From: Phyllosticta citribraziliensis
Taxonomy: Eukaryota
Assembly (NCBI RefSeq): GCF_038025025.1
Contig: NW_027117341.1
Coordinates: 2,232,001-2,296,000 of the forward strand
Length of the DNA stretch: 64,000 bases
Direction: 5' to 3'
Below are positions 1 through 12,661 of this stretch, one piece after another. The translations under genes and the position numbers were made by a program. Positions within the stretch are counted from its first letter, which is position 1. Each line of letters starts with the position of its first letter. Under the pieces are notes generated by a model. The model worked only from the letters and a program-made list of their open reading frames with translations, was not told the DNA's origin and did not search any database.

Positions 1-1169
1 ATAGTATTATAAAGTTCTATAGCTATTAAGGTAAGGAGATAGTATCTATCCTATATAATATAGATACTAGTAAGTAGAATAATAAGCTAAAGATTATAAA
101 AATAATAGGTACCTTACTAAATATATAGTTATATAAGATTAAACTATAAGAGAGTAGTTACTAATAGGGGTAGATAGTATAGCTATTATTATTAGTAGTA
201 GTAGTAGTAGTAGTCTAGTAGTACCTTTCTTCTTAATAAATAAGGACTATAGTAGTAGTAGTAGTAGTAGTAGTAAATTAATAGATAGATATTATAATTA
301 TTATTATATCTAGTAATAGAGTAAAGACTTTAAAATAGATATAAATAGTATTATAGGTTAGCTAAAAACCTATAATTATATTAAATACTACTTAGTATTA
401 AGTACTAGGCGTACCTATACTATAACTACTAGCTATAACTATAAGCTATATATACTAAAGTTACCTAACTCTTTAAGAGCTATAGCTACCTAGATAATTT
501 AATTCTAATACCTATATATATATTATTAATATAATAATAGAAATAAGAATAGAACCTCTTATATCTATAATAAAGACTTAGCTAAGTAGTTAATTTTAAG
601 AAGTATATTACTACTAATAAGCTAGTAAACTACTATATAATTTAAGATTAAGATAAGGTCTCTTCTCTTATAATATCTATTTTTTTTTAGTTATAATTTC
701 TAAGATAAATTAGATAATAGAATATAAAAAGATCTTATTATATAAATACTATAAATAGCTATCTTTATTTTTTTATAATTAATACTCCTAAGTAGACTCC
801 TTATTAATTTAACTTATATCTTATTATATACTCTTCTTACTTAGCTTTATCTCTTATACTTATATACCTTATTATTAAATAGATAGTTACTTAAAACTAG
901 CCTACTAATTAGATAACCTATTAGCTTATAATAGAAAAATAAAGATTATTAAATTATTATATCTTTTCTTATACTAACTCTCTTAATATCTAGGAAGGTC
1001 TAAAATATCCCCTACTAAAAATACTAGGTATATATTTTAAAAATAATATCTATACTAGTTAGCTAAGCCTTACTTTAAGTCTTATAGTATAAATACTAGT
1101 AGATACCCCTATAAGCCTAGAGGACCCCTAGGTATATAGCTAGAGCTACTTTATATAAGAAGTAGAGAT

Positions 1170-3110
1170 TAATATATAAAGAAAATATAAATAGTCTCTT
1201 ACTCTAAAACCCCTATAAATAATAAGGTTATACTATATAGATTAGATTAAGTTAAGAACTAGTTAGTTATAGCTAATTTAAGATCTAGTTAAAAGAGTAA
1301 AATAATAAGATTAATTTTTATAGCTCTTCTAATTCCTTCTATATAAATAGAAGGAAACCCTAATAACTCTTTTTTAAAACTAAAAGAAAATTCTATTCCT
1401 TTATAAATTTATAAAGTTAATTTAAATAATCTAAAGCTACTTAAAATAGTAATAGAATAGGGGCTTTATATAGAAGTTATTCTTAAGCTCTTTAGTAAAC
1501 TCTTAAGATCTAAGGAGATACCTAGTAAGAGTTAGTATAATAAGACTTATAAAGTAGAGATTATTAAGTTACTCCTTAATAAGAAGTACTAAGTAGCTAC
1601 TATAAAAGAAGTAATCTCTTACTATAAATAGTTTATAAACTACTATAGAAATAAGATTTTAGTAATCTTACTAGTCTATATAATAGATAAAGTTATTAAA
1701 GAATAAATCTACTATAAATACTTATTTTATAAAGGAACTATATTCTCCTATAATTTAGCTTATACTACTACTAGATAGCCTATTTAGAAGTACTATATTA
1801 AGATCTTAAACCTATCTCTCCTTATAAATAGAAAAGTACCTAAGTACTAAGTCTAGCTCTACTAGATTAAGAATAAAATTTAAACTAATTATAATTAATT
1901 TATCTTAAATAACCCTATAAATACTAAAATAATAATTATAGTATATATTATATCTAAAATAAGTAGTAAAGTAGCTAATTACCTTCTTCTATTCCTTAAT
2001 ACTAAAGAAAAAGAAGAATTACTTATTATTAATACTAATTTATATACCTTTTTAAAAGATAAGTTTAATAGTCCTTTTAAAAAAAAAAAAGCTAAGAATA
2101 GTCTCTAATACCTATACTTCTATATTAGTAATAATTTTTAATTATATATTACTAAATTTATAGCTCTAGCTTTAGATATAGACCTACTTTAGTCTTAATA
2201 AAAAGAAGAGTTTTATACCTCTTTAAACTTTTAATTAAAAATATATATAATACTCTATAAGGATAATAACTATATTAAGTTCTAGAACTATATTAATAAG
2301 GTATCTACTATTATATATAACCTAAAGAACTACTAAGCTTCTTATATATAAGTAAGTAAATCTAAAGCTAAATAATAATAAGAGGAATATTTTAAAAAAA
2401 AAGCTAGTATTAGCTCTACTACTTTTAAAAAACCTAGTTATACTAGTACTTTCTTATATACTACTAAATCTAAAGAACCTAAGAAACCTATAAATAATAG
2501 TAAAAAGGATACCTATTATAATTATAAAAAAAAAAAATACTAGATATAAGACTATATAGTTTCTATTAAGGAAATAGATATATAGCTTAAAAAAAATAAA
2601 CTAGTACTTAAACTAGAAGAATCTTTTAAAAGTAGTAACTTAAAAAACTCCCTTTTTTAAGCTCTAGACCTACTTTAAAGATAATAATTAAGACCCTTTA
2701 ATTTAAAAGTATAAATATTAGAATTAATAATTTTATAAAAGGATAAGCCTTTACTATATCTATTAAAATCTATAAAGATAGAAAAGCTCTCTATACTAAG
2801 ATACTAATTAATACTAGTACTTTTAAGACCTACTTTATCTACCTATAATTTATATAATATCTTAATACTCTTAGTATATATAAATATAAAATTACTAGGG
2901 GTATACTTAAGGCCTTAGGATTTAATAGATAAGTAGCTATTAAATTAAAATATACCTATTTCCTTACTCTTACCCTTAATTAAAAAATATATAAAATATA
3001 GGCCTTTATTATAATAATTAGTTATATAACCCTAACCCTAACCCTAACTCTAACCTTAATCCTAACCCTAACCCTAACCCTAACTCTAAGTAGGATTCTT
3101 AGTATAAATA
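1170..3110 (+). mobile_element. RIP-inactivated Ty3/Gypsy LTR retrotransposon fragment (gag + aspartic protease)
   Basis: 2514-2555 TAT TAT AAT TAT AAA AAA AAA AAA TAC TAG ATA TAA GAC TAT reverts (A->G, T->C) to a CX2CX4HX4C knuckle. A AAA AAC heptamer at 2642-2648 lies just before the gag stop (2658-2660). In the -1 frame, 2804-2821 CTA ATT AAT ACT AGT ACT reverts to LIDTGA and 3095-3103 ATT CTT AGT to ILG. The 5' boundary is approximate. Confidence 0.85.
3027..3089 (+). repeat. Interstitial telomere-like (CCCTAA)n tract, ~10 units
   Basis: taaccctaaccctaaccctaactctaaccttaatcctaaccctaaccctaaccctaactctaa; imperfect units differ only by C->T. Confidence 0.85.
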
Positions 3111-3139
3111 GGGATATACTCCTATTAATAGAAAACCCT

Positions 3140-3900
3140 ATATAGCTTAATTTTTTAAAGAAGTACTTTTATACTCCTACTTATAAATTAAAACTCCTTA
3201 TATATTTAAGTCTAATCTATAGACCTCTCTTATTAAAGGGTACTTTTATAGTCTTATTTATAAATCTAACCCCCTATATATTTAAACTTAAGCTTAAGCT
3301 ATAGGGCCCTTTTATTAAAAGGTACTTTTATAGTCCTACTTATAAATCTAAACCCTTATACTTTTAAGCTTAAGCTACTAGGCCCTTTCTTATTAAAGGG
3401 TACTTTTATACTCCTATTTATAAATCTAATCCTTTATATATTTAAGCTTAAGCTTAAGCTATTAGGCCCTTTTTTATTAAAAGGTATTTTTATACTCCTA
3501 CTTATAAATTTAAATCTTTATACTTTTAAGCTTAAGCTACTAAGCCCTCTTTTATTAAAGAGTATTTTTATACTCTTACTTATAAATCTAACCCCTTATA
3601 TATTATTTAAGTATTTAAGTTTAACTTACTTAACTTATTTTTCTTATTAAAAAATACTTTTATACTCCTACTTATAAATCTAACCCCTTATATATTATTT
3701 AAATATTTAAATTTAACCTATTTAATTTACTTTTCTTATTAAAGAGTACTTTTATACTCCTACTTATAAATTTAACCCTTTATATATTATTTAAGTATTT
3801 AAATTTAACCTACTTAACTTATCTCTCTTATTAAAGAGTACTTTTATACTTTTATTTATAAATCTAACTTCTTATATATTATTTAAGTATCTAAGTTTAA
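3140..3900. repeat. RIP-mutated tandem repeat, ~9 units of 78-92 bp
   Basis: Recurring core ttattaaaRRgtacttttatactcctacttataaatctaaccc at roughly 3163, 3241, 3322, 3400, 3484, 3563, 3655, 3747, 3839. Confidence 0.9.
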
Positions 3901-4190
3901 CCTACTATACTAGTATTAATACTAAACTTAGTAAAATTAAAAGGCTTATTAAGGACTATACTAAGAATAAACTTAATATATTTAATAATATTAAAAAGGA
4001 GCTATACTAGTTAGCCTTTTTAAAAGTTATTAAAATTATAATTTAAAAAACTTAGATACTTTATAAAGATATAGGCTTATTATAGCTATTTATAGCTAAG
4101 TATAATAAAGATATTAACTATTTATAGGATATTTAAATAAATATCTTAAAACTATATAACTATTAGTATTTATAGATTTTTTCTACTAAT

Positions 4191-4590
4191 CTCTTATAGG
4201 AAATTATTAAGTTATAAAAGACTTATAATAGGAGTATAGACTCTTATAGGAAATTATTAAGTTATAAAAGGTCTATAATAAGAGTATAGACTCTTATAGA
4301 GAATTATTAAGTTATAAAAGACCTATAATAGGAGTATAGACTCTTATAAGGAATTATTAAGTTATAAAAGGCCTATAATAAGAGTATAGACTCTTATAAG
4401 GAATTATTAAGTTATAAAAGGCCTATAATAGGAGTATAGACTCTTATAAGGAATTATTAAGTTATAAAAGGCCTATAATAGGAGTATAGACTTTTATAAG
4501 GAATTATTAAATAGTAAAAGGCCTATAATAAGAGTATAGACTCTTACTAGAAATTATTAAGTTATAAAAGGCCTATAATAGGAGTATAGA
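4191..4590. repeat. 50-bp tandem repeat, 8 copies
   Basis: Unit ctcttataRgRaattattaagttataaaaggcctataataRgagtataga with exact 50-bp period (4201, 4251 ... 4551). Confidence 0.95.
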
Positions 4591-5185
4591 TTATATTAAG
4601 CCTAAATTTCTAAATAAGTTAAGTATAGCTTATTATAATTAGAGTAATCTTATTAATAGCTAGTAGTAGCTAACTTAGCTTTATACTATTTAAGATAGAG
4701 TTTATAAGTTTACTTAAAGTAGTATTTAATTTATAAAAGGAAAGGCTACTTTCTCTATTATTATATCTAAAAGCTTATAATATAATAATTATAATAAGAA
4801 ATATAAGCTATAGTATTTAAGTATAAATTTAACTAATAGAAAATATATAAAAAATATATAGAGCTTAATTTTAAGTATTAAAAATAAGAAGCCTATCTAG
4901 GTTATCTATTTATATAATATTTATAAGGGTATAAGTAAGTACTAGCCTATATATAGCTTCTATTATAATAGCCTATATAGTATTATTAGCTACTAAATTA
5001 TAAATAAGTTAAATAAAGTATATCTCTTTTATATAATATATAGGCTAGATTAAAACTCTATTTATATTAAAAATAAGGCTATATAGCCTATTAAAGAAGA
5101 AATTACTAAGTATAATAAGATTAAAAAAAAGCTTAACTTAATAGGCTTAGAAATATAATAGAGTAATAGAATTAGTTTAATAAAG

Positions 5186-5363
5186 TTTTTTTTTTTTTTA
5201 TTTTTTTTTTTTTCTTTCTTTCTTTCTTTCTTTCTTTCTTTATTTTTTTCTTTTTTTTTTATTTTTTTTTTTTTATTTCTTTTTTTTTTCTTTTTTTCTT
5301 TTTTTCTTTTTTATTTCTTTTTTTTTTATTTTTTTTTATTTTTTTTTTTTTTTTATTTCTTTT

Positions 5364-5394
<31 letters not shown>

Positions 5395-5470
5395 TTAGGG
5401 AAAATATTTTAAAAGAAGAAAAAAAAAAGAAGAAAAAAGAAAAAAAAATAAAAAAAAAAAAAAAAAAAGA
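5186..5470. repeat. Low-complexity poly-T/(TTTC)n tract followed by poly-A tract
   Basis: T-rich 5186-5396, A-rich 5400-5470. Confidence 0.9.
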
Positions 5471-5579
5471 ATATATAGTATAAAGTTTAAATATAAATTA
5501 CTTATAAAGTAGTAATTAATTAGAGCTAATAGTTAAGAGGTTCTTAGTATTTTTAAGAAGAAAATTAAAAAAAAGACTA

Positions 5580-7585
5580 AATTAAAAGTCTATATTATAG
5601 CTACTCTTTACTACCTACTATATACTTATAAAGGGGGCTAAACTATAATAAAAGGTACTTAATAAGTAGCCTATTTAGTAGTATTTAGCTAGAAATTCTT
5701 CCTTATCTCTTTTTAATAAAAATTTAAAAAAGAGGCTAGATTAGAGGTTAATATAATAGCTATCTCTTAATACCTACTATATACTTATAAAAGGGGCTAA
5801 ACTATAATAGAAGATACTTAATAAGTAGCCTATCTAGTAGTATTTAGCTAGAAATAAGGAGATTCTTAAAAATTTAATATTTTCTTAAAAAGTAGACTAG
5901 ATTAGAGGTCTATATTATAGCTACCTTCTACTACTTACTATATACTTATAAAGGGGGCTAAACTATAATAAAAGATACTTAATAAGTAGCTAGTCTAGTA
6001 GTATTTAACTAGAAATTCTCCCCTATCTCTTTCTTAATAGAAATTTAAAAAGAAGATTAAATTAGGGGTCTATATTATAGCTACCTCCTAATACCTACTA
6101 TATACTTATAGAGGGGACTAAACTATAGTAAAAGGTACTTAATAAGTAGCTATTTTAGTAGTATCTAATTAGAAATTAGACTTCTTTTCTTTTACTAGAC
6201 TTATTATTATTTTATTAAAAACTAGACTTTTTTTCTCCTTTTTATCTTTCTCCTTATTACTTTAGTTTATACCTACTAGATAAAAATATATTTAGACTAG
6301 ATTTAATAGATTTATTAAAATCTAAATTTCTTACTCTACTTTTTACCTAGTAAGAGACTTAAGAGGCTAAAAAAGAGGCTACTTTTAAAAATAAAAATAT
6401 CTTAGTATTTTAAGCTATAGGCCTATACTATAAGACTAGAGTATAAGATATAAGCTTAAATTATAGTTATATCTTAAGCTTTAATCTAGCTATAATAGAT
6501 TCTCTACTTTTTAATAGGGAGGAATAGAATAGGGTTTTTACTAAAAATAGACTATATATACCTATATACTAGCTATATACTAGTTAGATAGACCTTATTA
6601 TATAAGTATATACTTAGTAAGTAGCTATTCTAGTAGTATTATAGTAGAAAAAAAGAGATTCTTAAAAATTTAGTATTTTTTTAAAAAAGAAGCTAGATTA
6701 GAGGTCTATATTATAGCTACTCTTTACTACTTACTATATACTTATAGAAGGGGCTAAACTATAATAGGAGGTACTTAATAAGTAGTTTATCTAGTAGTAT
6801 TTAATTAGAAATTCTCTCCTATCTCTTTCTTAATAGAAATTTAAAAAAGAGGCTAGATTAGGGGTTAATATAATAACTACCCTCTAATATCTACTATATA
6901 CTTATAGAGGGGGCTAAACTATAGTAAAAGATACTTAATAAGTAGCCTACCTAGTAGTATTTAACTAGAAATAAAGAGGTTCTTAGAAATTTAATATTTT
7001 TTTAAAAAGTAAACTAGATTAAAGGTCTATATTATAGCTACCCCTTACTACTTATTATATACTTATAGAGGGGGCTAAACTATAGTAAAAGATACTTAAT
7101 AAGTAGCCTATCTAGTAGTATTTAGTTAGAAATAAAAAGGGTCTTAAAAATTTAATATTTTCTTAAAAAATAGACTAGATTAGAGATCTATACTTTAGCT
7201 ACTTTTATATTATAGCTACCCCCTACTACTTACTATATACTTATAGAAGGGGCTTAACTATAATAGGAGGTACTTAATAAGTAGCTAGCCTAGTAGTATT
7301 TAGCTAGAAATAAAAAGATTTTTAGAAATTTAATATTTTCTTAAAAAGTAAATAAGATTAGAGGTCTATATTATAGCTATCTTTTACTACTTACTATATA
7401 CTTATAGAGGGGGCTAAGCTATAATAAGGGGTATTTAATAAGTAGCCTATCTAATAGTATTTAGCTAGAAATAAGGAGATTCTTAGAAATTTAATATTTT
7501 TTTAAAAAGTAGACTAGATTAGAGGTCTATACTTTAGCTACTTCCTAATACCTACTATATACTTATAGAAGAGGCTAAACTATAG
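5580..7585. repeat. ~160-bp satellite, ~10 copies, interrupted at ~6180-6600
   Basis: Anchor ctatatacttataRaRRgggctaaactata recurs near 5617, 5777, 5938, 6098, 6735, 6894, 7056, 7234, 7395, 7554; two linker subtypes. Confidence 0.9.
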
Positions 7586-8055
7586 CTAGCTATTTTAGTA
7601 TAGAAAATAAATAATATTAATATTAGAAGTAGTAAGTAAATAGTTATAGCCTATCTTATAGTATTAAGATAAGGTAAAGTTAATCTAGATATATTCTAAT
7701 TAGTAGAGGGTATTCTATCTCTAGTCTTAAAGAGTAGGAGTAAGATTAGTAAATACCTAATAAGAGTATAGGTATAGACGCGGACCTAATTAAGGGGCTC
7801 TAGCTATAAGTAGAGGGATAATAGCTAGTAGATAAAGCGGGCGGCTAGTAGAAGGTCAGGTCTCTAGCGGTATAATGCGCGGCTAATAGAGAATAGAGGA
7901 GAGAAGAGAAGAGGAGAGGAGAGGAGAGTAGAGGAGACGGGCGGATATAATGTTGCGCTGTATTAAGGCTGGTATATATAAATGGCGGCGTGGCAGTGTA
8001 GCAGTGCCGTGACGAAGACGAAGAGACAGGAAGGAAAATTACTTGATTCTATCTT

Positions 8056-9847
8056 CTAGACTGACCGCTCCCTCCTATCTAGCAGCCATTTTTCAATTTG
8101 ACTAGGTTGGAATCGCGGGAAAAGGCCTCTAGGTGGATGGCCGTTAGCGTAAGCCGGGGCAAACAGGTCGTCAGTGTGGAAGCTCTTGGTTGTTGGGGTG
8201 TCGGCTTCAGTTGTTGATCCTGCGTCGTCAACGTAGCGCATGTTTGGCAGTGGCTGCTGCTGCTGCTGCTGCTGCTGCTGCGGTGCTGGAGGCGGTTGAG
8301 GCAAAGCGACCGCTGACGCGTCTGTAGCTTCATGGGATGGCGCCGCTGGACGAACAGTTGGATGGCCTGGAGGTCGACGTGAGCGCCGTGGGCGAAAGCG
8401 CAATTCGCCGCCCGAAGACGAACTCTGGGTGCTCTCCGCCGCGGCCATGAAGACTTGAAGCCGCTCCCGCCGCTCCATGGCCTTGGCTTTGGCGGCAGCA
8501 GCAGCGGCGTCGTCTTGTACTTGTCCCTCTGCTTCTTCATCTAGACGCCTTTCCTCCCTGATCGCCTCCATCAGCTCCCATGCCGTGTGTTGGATTTCAG
8601 TCAGGTGCTCTTCCTTTGCCTCTGTCAAATCGACGAGGGCGTCTTGTCCCGCCTCCTCGACACCGAGCGTCGCTTCCTCGACCAAGCCGTCGAGCGGGTC
8701 CGTTTCATCGACGTAGCGGTCAAAGGCATCAGGGAGCGCGGGCTTGACGGCGTCGAGGAGCAGACTGTTGCCCCGGTCAGCCTCGAAGAAGTCGCCAAGA
8801 GCCGTTGGCAGGATCTCACGGAGCGTGCCCGGCAGCGTGTCCTGGACCGACTGGCGCACCATGCCGGACAACATTTCCGCCATCGACCGTCGAACCGTCT
8901 CGGCGAGCATATCCTTCAGCTCGTCGACGTTCAGTGTGTTTTGTGAGGCGTGGCGAGCCGGCTCGCGCGCCGAGGAACAAAGAGTGGGTTCGTTGTCGGT
9001 GTTTTGGGACGAGGGACTGGCGGTGGCTCGATTTTGCGGCCGGCGGCGGCTGATGCTGGCGCTTCGGGTCGCGCGGCGAGCTGGCGGGGGGAGAGCCCGA
9101 TGCTGTTCGACGGCGTCAGCCCATCAAAGCCGCCCCACACATTTGCTCGACGCGCAACTTGCCTTCTCGTCTGCGCTTGCTGGTCGCGTGCGATGGATAG
9201 TAGGGGGGCGGGCAAGACTCATCCCCAAGGTCAAAAACGTCGGCGTCAGTCTCGCGCACTCCGCGTCCGTCAAACATTCGATTGGTGTCGAGAGCGACGG
9301 CGCTCAGCTCGCCGGCCAGAGCGAGGGCCGAGAATCTTTGCAGCGCGGCCCGTTCGTGCTCGTCCACGGCATCCTCCCGGACGTGCAGTCGCAGTTCAGT
9401 CGCCCTGCAGAGCCGCCAAAAGGACTCGACTTGCGCTCTAGATTGGACCTTTGCCGTCAGCGAAGCAGCAAAGTGAGGGGTACCTGGAACAAGCACGCTG
9501 CCCGGAGCGCATAGTTTCAAGGAGAGGGTCAGGTAGCGGCCGGTCGTTGAACCAGGCACTCTGGCATCCAGATGGCGTCGAATCAGGACGGGGACTTGGA
9601 CATCATCCGACATGTCAATGGACTCGAGCTGCTCGGGCAGCAGACGAAGGTACACAAACTCGGCACGGTCGGATTGTACAAACGAGGCTCGCAGGCGAAC
9701 GTGGATCATTCCTTGGCAGTGTTGTGGGCTAAAGACGATTGAGAGCGAGCACGCGCACCAGGACCCACCAATGTCCTGGACCTGAGCGACAACGGCACGA
9801 TTGTCAAAGATGTATTGGCGCGAAGAGCTGCCGTTACGGGTCGACAT
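8056..9847 (-). CDS. Hypothetical protein (globular N-terminus, PPPY/KRRR linker, coiled-coil C-terminus); GC-AG intron and an apparent frameshift
   Basis: ORFs 9116-9847 and 8056-8910 are joined by a 60-nt intron 9162-9103 (AG/GCAAGT donor, GCTGAC branch, AACAG acceptor). After splicing, the frame must shift once near 9025-9045 to reach NVDELKDMLAETV. Confidence 0.65.
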
Positions 9848-10682
9848 GGCGGCGGGACGTCTGCGATGGACAGAGCGAGAGCAAGCACCGAGATGGATTC
9901 CTAGAGAGAGACAGCACCAACAAGATGATTTGCCTTGCTGGCAAAGCCGTCAACTTGTGAGCCCGCAGCAAGCGATCCCTCCCACCCGGGCTTTGTTTGC
10001 CTTGAGCAGCCCTGACTCAAAGCGACCGGCGTCGGCCAGCACCTGCGACCGTCGGCGGGGCATCTCGAGCGGTGTCCCGCAAGTGTCTGCCGGCAGCAAA
10101 GGTCACCGTCCCTCTTTGTTGTGGAAAGAGGCCCTATGACACCACAGGGATGACGGGAGCATCGCGAGCAAGGCGGACCGGCAGTGAACAGCGCCGAGGG
10201 CCCAAGTCGACGGTTTGGGTGCCGGGCGGGCGGTCGGCTTGACGAAACGGTAGGGAGGGGGACTTGAAGAGGCTGCAACCCTGCACAACGCAAGGTGAAA
10301 TGTCAACGTACCGGCGGGCCTTGGGAGAGGGTCAAACCAGGAGCAGGCGTCTCGAAGGACGACGGACAGACGGAACCGGACAAGCCGACAAGCAGCGGCA
10401 ATGCAGAGGACGCGAGACTGGCGAGTGCGTGGGTGGTAGCCGCGGCAAGCAGAGGACATGGAGTGACGATGGGAGATGGACGAACGATGGGAGAGATGGT
10501 GTGGTGGTGGTGGTGGTGGTGGTAGAGGTTGTCGTCGTCGTCGTCCGGGTCGTGGCTAGGTGGGCGGGGGAGACTCGGCGGTTCGTCAGTTACGGCCAGC
10601 CAAATGGGGTAATCCGCTAACGGAACATCGTTACTTGTAAAGTATTTTATTTATAACATGTGTAGTAAACGCCTGGCAGTCT

Positions 10683-11547
10683 TCATCTCCTCGACATCTT
10701 CCTTTTTCTCTCTACCTCTTCAACTCTTTTTTGCACGTCGGCCATGTTCCCTTCGGCCCCTTCCTGCGTGGCCTGCAGGTTTGTCATCCTTTCCTCCACG
10801 GCCGTCCTTTGTCTTTCAGGGAGATTGGTCATGTCTGTGGTGGCGTTCCATGACCTGTGCCTCCAGATCAGGGGCATTTGCAACGTGCGACTCGCCCATG
10901 TGGAGGTGCGCGTCTACCTGTCGAACAAGTCGACGCGCGCCTCGTAGGACTGCTTCCGTCCAATCCGCGACTTGAGCTGCGAGAACGTCCACGGCCGTCC
11001 TTTGCTCCTCCGCGGCCCGGCGCTGTTGCCCGAGCTCGTTTTCAACACGGTTCGCGAGCAACCTCAAACGGCGCGCCTCCTCAATCGCCTCCTCGCGCCA
11101 CCTGTAATCCGCCTCGACGGCTTGCAGACGCGTCGCGTGGTCCTGCTGCACAGCCTGCACTTGTCCAGACAGCTCAATTCTCGATTCTTCCTGCAGGTGG
11201 TGGATTTGATCATTCGCGGCGAACTCTCTGTCCAACGCTTCCAGCATGTTGGTGACCATCGTGCGCGTCTCTTGGTGCATCTGCGGTACATCTGCCTCGA
11301 GCGCCTCGACCCGAGTTTGCAATTGGCGTAGCTGCGCCGCGCCATGCTGTTGCTGGGGCACATGCACATCCCGTGCAGAGTTTGCATCGTTCTCAACAAG
11401 GTGCGCCTCTAACGCCTCAATGCGGGTTCGTAGTTGGCGTAGCTGCGGCGTTTCCTGCTCTTGCTGGGGCACATCAACAACGCGAGCGGCATGGTTCTCG
11501 ACGAGATGTTGGCCGGCGGGGTCGTGCTGGTCGTGTAAGAGCGACAT
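10683..11547 (-). pseudogene. Coiled-coil protein with an internal ~39-aa duplication; C-terminus frameshifted
   Basis: ORF 10816-11547 (QLRQLRTRIEALEA / QLRQLQTRVEALEA). Heptad-like text continues in another frame (TTDMTNLPERQRTAVEERMTNLQ) to 10683. Confidence 0.6.
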
Positions 11548-11588
11548 GGTGCTTCGCAGTCGAAAGGCAAAGGCGCGAGAAGCCACAC

Positions 11589-11698
11589 TTTATACAGAGG
11601 AGTAGTTGAGTGATGAGGTGACTTGGGTGAGTGGGAGCTTCGCAATTTATACAGAAGAGTAGTTGAGTAAATGAGGTGACTTGGGTGAGTGGCAGCTG
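11589..11698. repeat. ~57-bp tandem duplication in the upstream region of the coiled-coil gene
   Basis: tttatacagaRgagtagttgagt..atgaggtgacttgggtgagtgg occurs twice; each copy contains TATAAA on the minus strand. Confidence 0.8.
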
Positions 11699-12661
11699 CG
11701 GAGACTCCGAGAGACACTCCGCAAGACACCAGCGCAGTCACGCGAGACATTCGCCACGCAGTCATTGCAAAGTAAGTTGGCACAGGTAGGGAAGAGAAGG
11801 TCATGGAAAACATGAGCAATTGGGGCGTGGTAGGTACTCCATCATCACCATCGCTACTATCAGATCATCACCATCATCATCATGTCCACGCCACGTCAAA
11901 GCTTGCCATCATCAAGTTCCTCAAGAGCGGTCCCTCCGAGCCACAGTTCTGAGGCCCTTCACTTCGCCTTGTACACATCCACACGAAAGTCAGACTGTAG
12001 TGAACCGCGGGCGACCGCCGGCCATTTTCGCAATGGGCCGCGCACCAGGAAGTCGGCCACAACGTCAATCTGCACCACCCGGGAATCGCTGCTGCATTGC
12101 TGAGGGCGCTGGGGTTCCCGGGCGACGTGGCTGGGGCCATATGGCAGAGGCGGAGAGGAAGAGGACGGCGAGACGCCCTGAAGATCGAGCAGTCGGTACG
12201 TTTGCGGCTCTTCAGGACCATCAGCTACCACGTCTCGAAGTCGCCGGCAGCAATCGTGCAGTTGAGGCGTGGAGATGGGGGCCGCATGGCCATTGTCTGG
12301 TCTGCGTGGATCAAGGCGTGGCTGCGCGAGAGTTGGCGCGGCAAGATTGACGAGCCGTCCAAAGCGCGCCGGGCAGGAAGAGTTGCAGACCATAGGCCAA
12401 GCCTCCTTTGTCGACTACAACTTCTACGATCTCTCCACCAACCAGCCAGACAAGCAATCCTGCCTGCCCCTGAAGGACGGGCCGGTGACTTTGGATAGCT
12501 TCTGAGCATGACAACCCAAGCGCGCATAGAAAGACGAGGGACGGACGGACGGTACCATCAGGTCACGCAGTTGAATCGCGGGGATGCACTTGATGACGAG
12601 TTGATGTGAGTACAGTCTGGCCGTGGCTGAGATGTCGCCAATCTGCACCGGCCCGTGTAAG

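Larger units (their letters stand above)
1..7760. mobile_element. AT-rich block of RIP-degraded repeats/transposon relics
   Basis: Extreme AT richness, TpA excess and near absence of CpA/TpG. No ORFs in the six-frame track. Grades into GC-rich DNA over ~7760-8060. Confidence 0.95.

Noticed and set aside
3110..5180. Reverse transcriptase, RNase H, integrase or LTRs of the Gypsy relic
   Set aside because: No YXDD or integrase motifs were recoverable by reversing RIP changes; the region is mostly tandem repeats, and paired LTRs could not be identified.
10630..10670. TTAC/GTAA motifs as an element boundary
   Set aside because: A short AT-rich patch at the 3' end of a gene, better explained as a polyadenylation region; no matching partner site found.
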